From NCBI GenBank assembly GCA_965649825.1, contig OZ287709.1, positions 186,001 to 250,000 of the forward strand: a stretch of 64,000 bases of DNA, written 5' to 3'. Positions 1 to 11,878 of this stretch are shown piece by piece. Below the pieces are notes generated by a model, which worked only from the letters and a program-made list of their open reading frames with translations, searched no databases and was not told where the DNA came from. Position numbers and translations under genes: made by a program. Source of the DNA: Penicillus capitatus (Eukaryota > Plantae > Chlorophyta). Within the stretch, counting starts at the first letter, position 1; every line of letters begins with the position of its first letter.

Positions 1-1320
1 GTTCTGAAACGGCAGCAGACGATGGGACGTATGCGATGGCATCGATGTGGCACATGTGGGTGTGTCTCCCACTCTTCCAGTTGGCTTATCTCGCCTCCGC
101 ACTTCCCACCGATATCTAGTGGCGAATGGTGCAATAGACGAGAAGGCAAAGTCATCGTCGCCGCTTTTCATAAGGCCATCATCGAAGAGGTGAAATTGCG
201 TGTCCTTCGCATTGTGCGTGTTTCTATTTGGGGCTTTAGGACGAGCACTGTCCGGATGAGAGTCGTCACGTTGGCAGAATGGCCAAAGCTGTGGATTTGA
301 GATCGCGACTCCTGGATGCCCTACAGCTTCCCACACTCGTGTTGCCAAAATACTCTCTGGTACATCCATCGAGTGTGGATGAAGAAGATGTGGATGGCTG
401 CTATGTTGACATGCTAAACGACGAAGCGCTGTCGAGTTTTGAACAGAGCCGAGTGGAAGAACAACTGAACAGCAAAAAAGTGTGACTCGTCCATACGGTT
501 GCTGCTTATATAGATCATGGAATGTGTGTCTCCAGCTCATACCCATTCTTCCATGGCTTCAGGTGACAACGGGACGATTGGCCCAGCCAGATATTTTGGA
601 ACTGGCCAGTCAATGTGCCCTGCAGTGTCTCCTGGAGCTACGGCTGCATCTGTGCGACAACGGTGTGGCGTTGGCTGGAGTGCCTTGTCAGAAAAACGAT
701 CCAATTCTGGGACTGGTCATTTCTGCCGCCACTCTTCATCGACTGGTAATACGCCGAAAGGCGATGATGCGACAGGACATCCATTCCTGCAACGTGCTGC
801 TTCACTGTGAGGAAGAAATGACAGCCGCCGTCGGGACATTGCTGGCGGCTTATTACTACTGGTTTGGAATGATCGACGTCGACGAGGCCATCAGCCTTGC
901 CGAGATGGCCCTTACAACCACCATCTCCAAGGTGCAGAATTTTTGGAACAGAGAATGCACGTGTGGGATGGTCTGTGTCTTTAGGATCTGTTGCACGAGG
1001 CGTCTGATTTTCTGTACAGACAAGCGACAGAGAGATCGGAAACGGTTACCGTTTTGTGGCCTTATGGAGGCAACCATGTCCAGGTGGCAGGAGAATTGGT
1101 TGGAGGATGGGATCAGAGAGCGATCTTGCATCAGGCGCCATCGAATTTCTCTCCCTGTTTCAATATCCCTCCAGCTGCGCATTACCTCAGAGTCCGAGGA
1201 CTATCGTCCGGCACCTATCATTACAAATTCATTGTCGACAACCGATGGACGATCGATCGCCGAGCTCCGACAGATGCCGATCGAAGCGGCAACTGGAACA
1301 ATGTCTTGACGGTCAGGTAA
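1..1320 (+). CDS. SEX4/LSF-like dual-specificity-phosphatase-fold + CBM48 glucan-binding protein, 5'-truncated by window edge, multi-exon, degenerate catalytic loop
   Basis: Last exon encodes an AMPK-beta-type CBM48 (VTVLWPYGGNHVQVAG...GTYHYKFIVDNRW...GNWNNVLTV, stop 1318-1320). Upstream exon has VLLHCEEEMTAAVGTLLAAYYYWFGMIDVDEA, aligning to the SEX4 HCTAGMGRAPAVALTYMFW..LMEA region. GT-AG introns near 30-80, 196-240 and 934-984. Confidence 0.7.
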
Positions 1321-1529
1321 GCACCACACATTAGGGATGCTCTTTGCAGAGATGTGACAATAGGGAGAGATCTGTGGATCGCAGCCTGTTTCGACAGGAT
1401 CTCTGTCGGTCGTTTGCCGCGTCGATCGCGTTGCGTATCAAACGCACTTCGCGGAATCCGTCGTAGACAACTTACAACTTGCATCTGTCGACTCTTCGGT
1501 TTTGGATCGTTAGGTTCTTTGTGGATCCA

Positions 1530-2875
1530 CTAGGTTTCGTTTTGCTCGTTTTCTGGTGTGTTCAACTTCGGTGCCGCGGTTTTGTGGAGTTCTTTCTCTG
1601 CCACGAACGGGATGTCTGTCACTCTCGTTCCAAATTTAATCAGATCTTCGATCTGCTCAGAAGCGACCCCACTCAATATCTCCGAAACAGAACCGACATA
1701 AACCTCTCTCTCTTCACCTAGTCACATCATATCACACATTACACTTTCTTAAATCACAGCCCAAGGAGTCTGTCCGTCACTTTGGATGGGATGGATCATT
1801 GCGGATGGGTCGTAAAGAGGATCCTGGTCGGGTACGTGTGACGCAGGAAAGGCAGGAGCAGGCCATTCCGTATTCTGCTCAGGCGTTTTGAGGACGGCGA
1901 TGTTCGTTGCCTCGTCAACAGCATAGAGAACAAGTTCAAGATTCTTCGAATCTTCTTGCTGGACCACATAACTGGTGGCACCCTGCAAAGCCATTCGACA
2001 CATCGGTCAACAAATCACTGATATCACACATCAGACTTTGAGTTCGCTGTATGGGACGACCACATGTCCACGGTCTCCCCAGACCACACCCTTCACTTCT
2101 CCCACCTCTTCTGCGGAGATCAGAACGAGCGATCTCGGCTGATACTGTTGGACTTGAACCTAGAAAACGTCACATCATTGATGTGACAGCTCAAGCGTAA
2201 AAGCTACGGTTTCTGTCATAGCAATGGTTGGTCGGTCGACAGGAGGTGGCAGGGCGTCGCCCTCTCGATACATCGCTGCCGATGTCAACAGACACACCAA
2301 CAACAGTATCACCGGCACGAGTTTCTGGATCCGCTTATAGAAAACCTAACCACCTTTATCACTCTCTCTTCCACATCGAAACACAATGATGCACTTTCTG
2401 TAGCCAGGCAAGGAACGGATGTTGCCTTCTTGGTCCCACATCAATGATCATGTGCTTTGGCGTCTCATCTGGCTCCTCGGTGTAGTTGGGAGGGAGAACA
2501 ATGGGCTCGATGACGGATGATCGGCATACGAGGCTGAAAGAACCGGCGAACAGAGGCCTCCCTGTGCCAAGCATACACTCAGTGTCTCGATGACGATGTG
2601 TTGCTGTGTCTACTGCTGATGGGGATCGTGTCTCCACGTTTCCGTAGGGGGGAATCGCGTGGAGGACAGCTGTTGGGTAAAGGAACGTCGATGCTGGGCA
2701 GTGCAGGCAACAACCGCATCCCCAACCTGACGGGCAGCGACATCGGAATCATGAAACCGTCATCATCGTCGCGAAATGCGCATAGCAATTTGTCGCGCAA
2801 ACTTTGCCAGTTATTTAGCTCTCTGCACGCATTCCGATCGTCCTCGTTTTGATGGTTCGGTGCCTCGTCTGTCAA
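1530..2875 (-). CDS. Membrane-anchored Deg/HtrA-like pseudo-protease, multi-exon, 5' end uncertain
   Basis: Spliced product: ...LAWLQK|VFYKRIQKLVPVILLLVCLLTSAAMY (TM)...TET|VQVQQYQPRSLVLIS...KGVVWGDRGHVVVPYSELK|GATSYVV...AVDEATNIAVLK...IQ|SEEREVYVGSVSEILSGVASEQIEDLIKFGTRVT...NET*. Resembles Deg1 [28 protein letters not shown] and IVDQLVRFGKVTR. TGTAA downstream of the stop. Confidence 0.55.
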
Positions 2876-3031
2876 ACACGCCTTCGTTTTGTACAGCTTC
2901 CCATGTACAGGAGTCCGGGAATCGACGCATCACATTCGGTCACACCAAACCAGGGACCGCTGCTCCGCGCTCGGGCGCCCAAAAAGACACGTAATGCTCC
3001 GCTGGCTGCGTTTTGTCACTGAGGAGAGAGC

Positions 3032-3845
3032 GATGTCAGAAAGACACTGGCCGAAATCGTCCGGCACGATTTTTTTGAGGAAAGACCCATGTGGCCATTC
3101 ACGTGTTATGCCCCTCATGGATTATGGATGACGGACGTGGGCATGGACAAGTCGTTTGAAGAGCTGCGTTATATTGAGCTTCGTGCGCTCAAAGTGGAAA
3201 GACAAAATATGGCACACGTTCTGGCTCGAACGCATGAAATGCTGGAAGAAGCGCGTACCAGTATGCAAATCTATTATCACGCTGTCAGGCGTTTCTCACT
3301 CTTTTTATGCATTCCTCACTCTTGGTGTGATCTTCAGAAGTGTGGAATGGTTAGCGGAAATGCGGGGAGTCAGTTTTTCTTCAGGCGAAATCGCGGAGGA
3401 GGCAACGCTGGATTCGGAACATCCGATCCCTATCAAGGCAACTACGGTTGGCCACCTCTTCGACCTTTCAACCCTCTCACTCTTCTCACACATTCTATTT
3501 CGCAGGACCTGGTTCACCAGTCGTCGAGCTGCCCAACTCTTCTGTACATAAATCCAGCAACGATCTGCCGCCCGCCTTTACTTTTGACCACATGGATTTC
3601 CCACAGCTGACGACAGCTCCGAATGGATCAGCGACGTTGCCTCGGCGATTAACGCCGTTGCAGGACATCGTTCCGTCAGAAGAATGCACCAATCCTCCAG
3701 TCGAGGCCGAAATAGAAGAAGATCAAGAGAACCCTTGGCTCGCCGCCGAGTTCACTTATGTAAGATTGAATCCCTCGGCTCGCCGTTTGTCAGGACTGTC
3801 GTTTTCTAGATTCCTGAAACTGCACCGCCGGACAAGTACATTTGA
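3032..3845 (+). CDS. Nucleoporin NUP42/CG1-like (plant C3H16-like), multi-exon, true start unresolved
   Basis: HDFFEERPMWPFTCY...DKSFEELRY matches plant CG1 DDFKNERPMWKLTCY..DISYEELRA. C-terminus after intron 3760-3809 is NPWLAAEFTY|IPETAPPDKYI*, like CG1 W..GEIPEQAPP. Confidence 0.7.
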
Positions 3846-3889
3846 TCGATCTGTAAAATGCGCTTTATTATCGCGAGGGTTTCCGGATC

Positions 3890-6800
3890 ATGCGCAAAGC
3901 CTGGCGTCATGCCACGTCAAGCGGCCCTGTCTTATGCCCTGCCGTCCGATCTTCTCTCAGAACGCTTTTTACAGCGCCGCCGACGATGAATCTATCGAAT
4001 TCGAGTTTTATGGTGTGGGGTGCCGGAACCGACGTTGGGAAAACGTTGATCTGTGCCGCTTACGCCTACTATGCCAAAAAATTCGAGGTCCTCCTATCCG
4101 CCCGCTCTTTTCTCCCTCTATCCTGCTGACAGAGGAGGCTGCGCTACATCAAACCGGTGCAAACGGGCTTCCCCGAATCGAGCGACGCTGCATTTGTGGT
4201 AAGGGATGTTACATTACATGACACGGGTAGGTAGATAGGGTCATAACGTTCATCTCGTTGAGCAGTTCGGGAAAGGAGTTACGTTTTGGGATCAAGCAAC
4301 ATTCGGGGGCGAATTTCATACATTGCCGTTTTTTACGGCCTGCGTTTGGCTTTGTGCTTGACTCGTGGCTTTTTCGTCGCATATTCAGACGGACTAGTGA
4401 CGCTTGGATAGACAGGAAGGAACCAGTTCGATCTGTAGTTCGCGGCTTCTTCATCTTCACTACTACTCTCTTTGTCTTCCGGATCTACGCCGCACCAGCG
4501 CGGGAGAGGTGTCTCGTTCGAAAGTGGTTCTTCCGCCACTGTGGGTAATGTACTGGGCGGCGGCGTACTGGACGATCTTGACGTGCCAGATGCAACGATT
4601 GGCCTTTGTCTGTTCAGCATACGATGCGTCTTGGAACTGCTTCCTATGCTGAAAACGTTGGCTGTGCTGGAACAGCTGAGCGCATTGCTCTGATGACTGG
4701 CGTCACTGGGCAGTGGACTGGGTGGTACGCTGGGCGCTGTCCAGAGCGCCGAACTGCTTTCCGTGTTGGAAAGTACGAGCGCATTGCTCTGATGACTGGC
4801 GTCACTGGGCAGTGGACTGGGCGCCGTCCAGAGCTCCGAGTTGCTCCCTGTGCTGAAGACGTTGGCTGTGCTGGAACATGTAAGTGCATTGCTCTGATGA
4901 CTGGCGTCACTGGGCGGTGCACTGGGCACTTTTGAGAGCTCTGTTCGCCCGTCGACCTCCATTTCGATCGAAGGCGGCGGGTTCATCGAAGGTGAAGGCT
5001 TTTGAAATCGAGTCCTCTGACCAGGACGTCGTCTGTGTCTGCGATCCAAGCATTTTCCCGACGTAAAATGGCAGACATCTGGCGGTCGATCCGGCATCGA
5101 TTGAGAGGGGCACGTGGCTGGTTGTGGTTTCGTCGGTCGCGTCGAAGGAAGGTTGTCGTGACATATCGGTCGCGTCGAAAGAAGGTTGTTGTGCCATATC
5201 GGTTGCGGAGGTGTCGGGTACGGCGACATGGACAATGAAACGCTCGCCGCATCCTCCCGCATGTCTTCGTTCGAAGACATATCCGTATCCACTAACGGCG
5301 TCAGTATGCTGGTCGGTGTCATCGTGTCGTTCGTCGGCGCCATCTCTGCCGTGCGCTTTGCAGAAGGGAGCATTCGTTTGAACGTTCTGGCTCGAGACAG
5401 GAGGGGGTCTTGTTTTTCGCGTGGTCTTTCCCATTTGCCGTCTTCCGTATAGACCAACGCGACGTCGGGAATTGTCACCATTTCCCGCTTCTTTGGCATC
5501 CCCTGCCTTTTCAGCTCTCTCTGCACCACAGCTGAGATCCTCTGCATCGCCGTAGCTTCTCTCGACTGCCGAAGCGCTGCATCCCGCTCATCATCTTTGC
5601 TCTCCGCAAAAGAATGATGGCCGTCGGCATACCCTAGAGACCATTTCCGATCCGGATCTATGGAGGATGCGAGGACGGACCTAGAACAGAGATCTCCGGT
5701 GGTTTCTCGACATACGACGAAGCAATGAAGTCATCGTCACCTGGGAAGAGACAACAGTCTGCTAGTCCTACATGACGTAAAGCGCTCACCTAACCCCAAG
5801 TCACGTGGCGTAAGGCTTACCGATGACGTGTTGTGGCTTTTTGGCAAATAACTGAGCGCCGGGCTTGATAGAAGGACGCGTTTGCGACATATTGTTTACG
5901 CTGCCAATGCTCGTTGCATTGAAAACGCGCAAATGCCAAACGGCATGACGAAACGAGCGAATAAACGAAAGAGTACTGCCGTTTTGACGCTAAAGATAGT
6001 CGCACCGCGTATCCGTTTGGATGCGACGTCTTCGACGAACTCGCATGCGAGACATCTAACGCGATCTTGGTTGCGGAATTGAAGATCTCGTTGATGTTTG
6101 TAGGCTTCCAAGGGCAAAGGAGTGGAGTTCCTGGGTGAACATGCCAGAAAAGCACATCCAAAGTTTGTTTCCAGAAAAGGTGACAGTCATGTCCACTGTC
6201 ACACGCTCTTTGCCTGGAAAACGGCGTGCAGTCCACATCTTGCCGTGCAGAAAGAGGGTCGGAATCATGGGACTGTTTGGAAGAAAGCATGCGATGTCGT
6301 GTAGGAAGAGGTATTACGGACGGGGCCCTGATCTCTGCTCTTGGCAATCTGCTATTCGATAAAGATATCTCACACATGACACTTGTCGAAACGGCAGGCG
6401 GTGTTGCCTCGCCAGCGCCGTCAGGAATGCTGCAGGTCAGAGAGATGATCACAGGGTTGTCATTTCTGTATGTAAAGTGTGATTAGTGTGATGTCTACCG
6501 AGCAGTGCGTATGCCTTCTGTCCTGGTCGGCGATGCCACACTGGGAGGCATTTCGCATACATTGTGTGCCTACGACAGTCTGATTATGAGAGGCTACGAG
6601 ATCTCGGCCATTCCTATCTTCATGGATGATGATCTGGACAACGCCGATTATCTCGATCATCTGACGAAGCGGCTGGTCCACTGGCAAGGTTTCCAGAGAG
6701 CATTCGTCATTCCTTTCCCTAAGCTTCCAAAAAGTAAACACCGATGCTGGTGGCACGGAGATGACGCTGAGATGTGTGTCTGCTAAGACAAAAGTGCGAA

Positions 6801-8899
6801 AGATCTGACGCAGTGGTTTGAGAAGTGTGAGAAGGCTGTGGATTCATTGGATGCGTTTCTGTGGGATACCTCGCGTCGCAGATTTCGGAAACTCGCCACG
6901 ATGGCAGACATCGCAGAGAGGCATTACTGGTGGCCCTTTACGCAGCACAAGAGATTTCCTAAAGACCGCATCACCGTCGTCGATTCTCGACAGGGCCTCT
7001 TTCTGAAATCTTTTAGAAATCAGGTCCCTTCTGACGACGATACCGGACTGAAAACCGATGGCGAGATCCGGCCTCTCTTTGACGCGTGCTGCAGCTGGTG
7101 GACGCAGGTCACTCATTGGAAAGAGTGAGAACGTGTGTATGTGTGATGACAGGGAGCGGAGAGCACGGTAGAGTTCGATCTGCACAGCGAATTGGTACGG
7201 GCGCTGTCGTTCGGAGCTGGGCGATTTGGACACGTCCTCTTTCCAGAAGTGGCCCACGAACCGGTTACGCGTCTCACACAGAAGCTCCTCCAGACCGTTG
7301 GTACAGCCACGTTGAGATGTGTGACTAAAAGAGTGAGCAAATGCCTTCGCAGGAACTGGATGGGCATCCCGTGTGTTCTTCAGCGACGATGGATCGACGG
7401 CAGTCGAAGTCGCACTCAAAATGGCGTTTGGCAAGTACAGGATGGACAACAAGAAAGATCTCTTCGAGAACGATCAGCTCTATGTACGCGAGAGGATCGC
7501 TCAGTCCATCTCATACGTTATCCTGCCGTTAGGTGCTTGGGTTCTCCAATTCTTACCATGGAGATACCCTGGGTTCCATGGAGGCATCGCCAGAGAGCAT
7601 CTTCAATCGACAGGTCTCTTGGTATCGTTCCATGACGAAATGCATTGAGCCGCCGACCCTTATCTACCACAAGGGCGAATGGAAGATCCGGGTTCCGGAG
7701 ACGTGGCCGGAAGAGATCGTACGTGAGATGTGCCGTTGGAAAGTGGGCAACTGGGAATCCTATCATACCATTCAGCACGACAGCGTCGAGTGAGTAGTCA
7801 CTTCATCCATACAACGGAGCATGGCGTTGTACTTAGTGAACAGAATTACTTTGACTGCTGCGAGTTCTATGTGAATACCTTCATCGATGAATGTCAGGAA
7901 CAGCATCCGATCAGCGATGGACGACACATGATTGGTGCGTGCATCTTGGAACCCGTTATCCAGGCTGCTGGTGGTATGGTGATGATCGAACCGTGGTTTC
8001 AACGTGTCGTTCATCGAGTAAAGAAGATTCTAACCTCGGCAAGGGGAAACAAGAGATGTATGTGGTTCGGTAGATCTGTCAGCAGAGAGATATCCCGGTC
8101 ATTGTGGATGAAGTCTTTACCGGTTTCTGGCGATTGGGGTACATTTCGGGAGCCAAGATGCTCGGCATCATGCCAGACATCGCCTGTTATGGAAAGCTCA
8201 TTACGGGAGGGATGGTGACGCTCGGTGTGACGTTGGCATCGGAAGACGTGTTCGATGCTTTTGAAGGCGATGGAAAAGTGAGAGCTCTCGCCTCTCTGTT
8301 AAAGTCAGTAGGCATCTCACTTTAAATGGCCACAGGAGAAGGCGCTGCTCCATGGCCACTCATACACTGCCAATCCTGCCGCCTGTTGCGCAGCGATCAC
8401 GGCGATCAATATCTTCCATACCAAAAGATTCAACCCGAATCTGAGAAACGAGGAAGACACGTTTGAAAAGCAGCAGCTCCCGGTCGCCTTTCCCAAGGAG
8501 CCCAAATTGCAGCCGCAGGAATGCATGCTGGTCAATCTGTGGGACCGCGCAAAGGTCGATGCACTCTCACACCTGTCCTGCATCGAAGGCCTCGTTTCAA
8601 TCGGAACCGTCCTCGCTGTCACACTCAAAGTGCCTCCTGCGATTTCTTATGCGTTTGGTAAAAGAGATGGCACTGTGCAGACGGAAGGGGAGAAGGGATA
8701 CGGCTCCGGTGCTTCGGTGGATGTGGTCATGGCGCTCAGGGAAAGAGGCATCTACACCCGTCCCTTAGGCAACGTTGTCTACATCATGGTGGCACCCAAT
8801 ACGCCACGCGAGACGTGCGATTGGCTGATTCAGACACTCGTGGATGTCATTGTAAAAAGCACGTCCAGGGAACAGACCGACATCAGTGTCTCTCCCTAA
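3890..8899 (+). CDS. BIO3-BIO1: Bifunctional dethiobiotin synthetase / 7,8-diaminopelargonic acid aminotransferase, multi-exon
   Basis: VWGAGTDVGKT P-loop, YIKPVQTGFP, TLFAWKTACSPHLA, LVETAGGVASPAPSG, LVGDATLGGIS, WWPFTQH, FDACCSWWTQ, DDGSTAVEVALKMA, SYHGDTLG, ILEPVIQAAGGM, DEVFTG, PDIACYGKLITGG, HSYTANP, GIYTRPLGNVVY. Second intron is 4199-6103 (1905 nt, phase 0). Confidence 0.95.
4209..4218 (-). promoter_or_regulatory. Tandem TGTAA polyadenylation signals of the nested gene
   Basis: Plus-strand ttacattaca reads TGTAATGTAA on the minus strand, about 115 nt downstream of the nested gene stop at 4333. TGTAA is the established chlorophyte poly(A) signal. Confidence 0.55.
4333..5890 (-). CDS. 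Uncharacterised low-complexity Ser/Pro-rich protein, 3 exons, nested antisense in BIO3-BIO1 intron 2
   Basis: ATG at 5890 (MSQTRPSIKPGAQLFAKKPQHVI), two phase-1 GT-AG introns (about 80 and 47 nt), then a ~1.3 kb terminal exon containing the 404-aa ORF. Ends in basic KKPRVKHKAKRRP; internal repeats PSDASHQSNAL x3. Confidence 0.65.
4682..4915. repeat. Three copies of a 30-nt core with 99 and 105 nt period inside the nested gene
   Basis: gcattgctctgatgactggcgtcactgggc at 4682, 4781 and 4886; periods are multiples of 3 and encode PSDASHQSNA. Confidence 0.9.
5133..5206. repeat. 33-nt tandem repeat, about 2.2 copies
   Basis: tcggtcgcgtcgaaggaaggttgtcgtgacata / tcggtcgcgtcgaaagaaggttgttgtgccata / tcggttgc. 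Confidence 0.85.
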
Positions 8900-10193
8900 A
8901 CGGTTGGAAAATGTCGAATGTGTGACGTCACTCTCTTTGTGAATCGAAGCAAAAAGGACTTTATCTGGATTATTTACTTATGCTAGGTTTCTGTGGGCAT
9001 AAGGAGTGACAATCCCTCCCCTTCAAATCCGATCGCATCAGAGTCACCCATCTCCATGTCGTACTCACTCTATTGCTTTTTCTTCGAGCCAGTAACCCTC
9101 CCGTCTCTGCATCCACCAGATGGGTTGCCATGCCTTTGCTAAAAAGGGCAATCATCTGACGTTATGTTATTTTTGAAATCGCACCTGCAGCGATCTTCGA
9201 AAACAAGAAGCCAGATACGATGTGGGCGCTAGAGTGTGATGTGACATGCCGAATGCCGTGGTAAGGCAAATTGATCGGATTCTCTCGATGGGCGACGTCG
9301 CGATACATCATCATGTGAAAACACCTTTGCCAAGAACATAGGTCTTCCCATCTAACACCGCATTCCATCATACAAGTTCTATCGATCACAAGACGGGTCA
9401 AATCATTCCATTGCCATGTCCTTTTCCGAACAGCTGTTCTTATCTCAATGCAGAAAGAAGCCTCTCTGACAAACATCGATACAAGGTCAAGAGTTGCCTG
9501 TCCATAGAACGGCGTTGTGAGTTTGATGGGACGGCGTCATGTGTTTTACTTCTCTCTGTTACCCTCCCGTGTCAAAGAAGTGCGGTCGCACTTCAATCGT
9601 AACGAAGACAAATCGCTTTCCAAGCACTCTATCTACTTGTTCGCGCGCGCCTTCTTCTTCGATGTCCTCGCAAGAGCTGGAAGACCTATCGCGAAGATCC
9701 ACACCGACTGGTTGTCCATCTCTGTTGCCAAATTGATCACGGACGATAAGAATGGTGGAGTGCGTGTCAGGAACAAAGACGCTTTCTATAAACTGCAGGG
9801 TAGGAATGCAGGTTCTGGCGACAAACCAACAGATTCATCGAAAAGAGTAGCGAGTGCATAATGCCTTACGATACCTCTCGAGAGACGATCGCCAGAGTCA
9901 GGGCAGAGAAACGTGTGGCGTCATCTCGTCATACTAGCTCGTTTCATACAGAGACATGCTTCTTGTGTAGCTCGGCTCCTTCTCCTTCTGTGCATAAAAC
10001 GGACAGTTGGCAGCCTTCGATCTTAGTCGAATACCCTCATAATTTATGATAATTGCGTCGTGAACCTGCTTGATGACGACCAAAAACGTGTGGAGCGGGA
10101 GCACCAGCACCAGCGGATTGAGGCTGACTCTACCCTAGACAGCACAAAGCGACACCTCAAGTACAAACCACGCATTTGTCTGAACAGAGAAAA

Positions 10194-11878
10194 ATGTGGC
10201 GTGTTTACACAGGAATCTTCATCGCTTACTTGGGTTCCTTTAACTTCGGTAAGGACTTTGCGGAAGATCTTTTTGTTTTGGTCTTCATGCGGCCGTGCCC
10301 GCAGGCATCGCACTCGTCATCGTCAACACGATGCTCGATAACTTGTCCGAGGATTTGACGTTCGAGAAAAACGTCGGAGGTGCCGCGGTCTCATCGATCT
10401 TCTACGTTGGTGCCATGCTCGGCGGACTCGTAGCTGGGCCATTCGAAAAAGCGAGCGGCAAATTCGCGCAGCTGTGGATCGGCGTGTTGTACGCGTGCGG
10501 CAACATCATCGCCGGCCTCACCGCAGACCACAAGTTCTGTTGGGGAGGACCGTTCGATGGATGCGTTGCCGACATGCTGTTTGCTGGACGCGTTCTAACC
10601 GGATTTGCGTCGGGTCTCATGCTCGTCGTCTCGCCAAAGTACGACATGGCAGGAGAGATTTTTTGTTTTGATATCTGTGTGGCCAGGTATCTGGCAACAG
10701 TCTCGCCTCCAGAGATACGAGGAAAAATTGGAGCTTGCTCCCAGGTACGCCTTCTCTCATTCTATCTCACTCTTGTTCATCCAGTGTCGCAGTTGGCCCA
10801 GACTATTGGCGTGTTCTTCGGGCTGCTGCTAGGCATTCCGTACGAGTTCAACGAAGACTTTAAGATCGGAGAGTACGAGTGGTGGCGACTCATGTTTCTC
10901 TGCGTTTCGGTGCCGCCCATTGTTCAAGTAATCGACCTGTTGCGTCTCGCGCTTGTCTTACATTCTTTCGTTTAGTGTGCATTGACATTTCTCACATTTC
11001 CACTCTTTCGCCAGTCCATTGAAGAAGTGAGAAAGGACTTTAGCAAGAAGATATCTAAGCAAGACATCGAGCTTCAGCCTGCGACAGAACAGAACGAAAC
11101 TGCTGCAGGTTCTCAGTCATCAGCAAACGAGGGTCCCCGCGAAACGAACGGGACATTGCCTGTTACAACAGACGAAAAACCGATTCAAAAACCGCTTCAA
11201 AAAAGACTTCCGTTCGTGACTGCATGGACAAGCTTCAAGAGACAGGTCATCTTGGTATTCAAACCGAAGTATCGTCACTGTGTCATCCTGGGGATCGGTG
11301 TTCCGACTGTGGCCCGGCTCTGCGGCGTTAACATACTGGCATCCTACACGACGACGATCTTCGAGAACGCTGGAATGGATCGCGCCATCATCGGCAGCGC
11401 CCTTTACGGTGCGAGCAGCATCATCAGCAGCTTCATTTCGGTTGGTCTCTTTGATAAGTTTCAACGCAAGACCATGGCATACGCAAGTTTCTCTATCATG
11501 GCAGCCAGTTACTTGGGCCTGTCGCTGTCAGATCTAGCCGGATCCAGCGTCGCCGGTCCTTCTTCCGTGGTGTTCGCTATCATGTTTACCTTCGGTTTTC
11601 GCACGGCAAGCGGAATTCTGTATACCTCATATGCACCAGAAGTCGTTCCGTCCGAGATTGCCGGAATCGTCTTAGGACTCGGCCAATCGCTTTCATTGCT
11701 CGTATCTTTCACTCTGGTGTTGGCGTTCCCTTCCGTTCTCGACGCGATCGGGGCACTGGGCGCGTTCCTCATTCTTTTCTGTTTCTGCATTTTATCATTG
11801 CTCTTCCTGAAGGCCTTTATGATCGAGACAAAAGGCCGAGAGTTGAGTGACATTGCAAATGAGCTTGTTGGCGCTTAG
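10194..11878 (+). CDS. MFS sugar porter ST1 (pGlcT/GLUT-like), 5 exons
   Basis: MWRVYTGIFIAYLGSFNF|GIALVIVNTMLDNLSEDL...GRVLTG...PK|YLATVSPPEIRG...SQ|L...WWRLMF...Q|...IETKGRE. Architecture matches pGlcT (VNGALEYLAKDLG, YISEISPTEIRG, WWRTMF, ETKGR). Four ~50-nt introns. Confidence 0.9.

Noticed and set aside
9517-9861. 114-aa plus-strand ORF upstream of ST1
   Set aside because: The paralogous copy near 47.8-48.3 kb has a ~130-nt insertion and frame disruptions, and there is no recognisable motif. Treated as duplicated upstream DNA.
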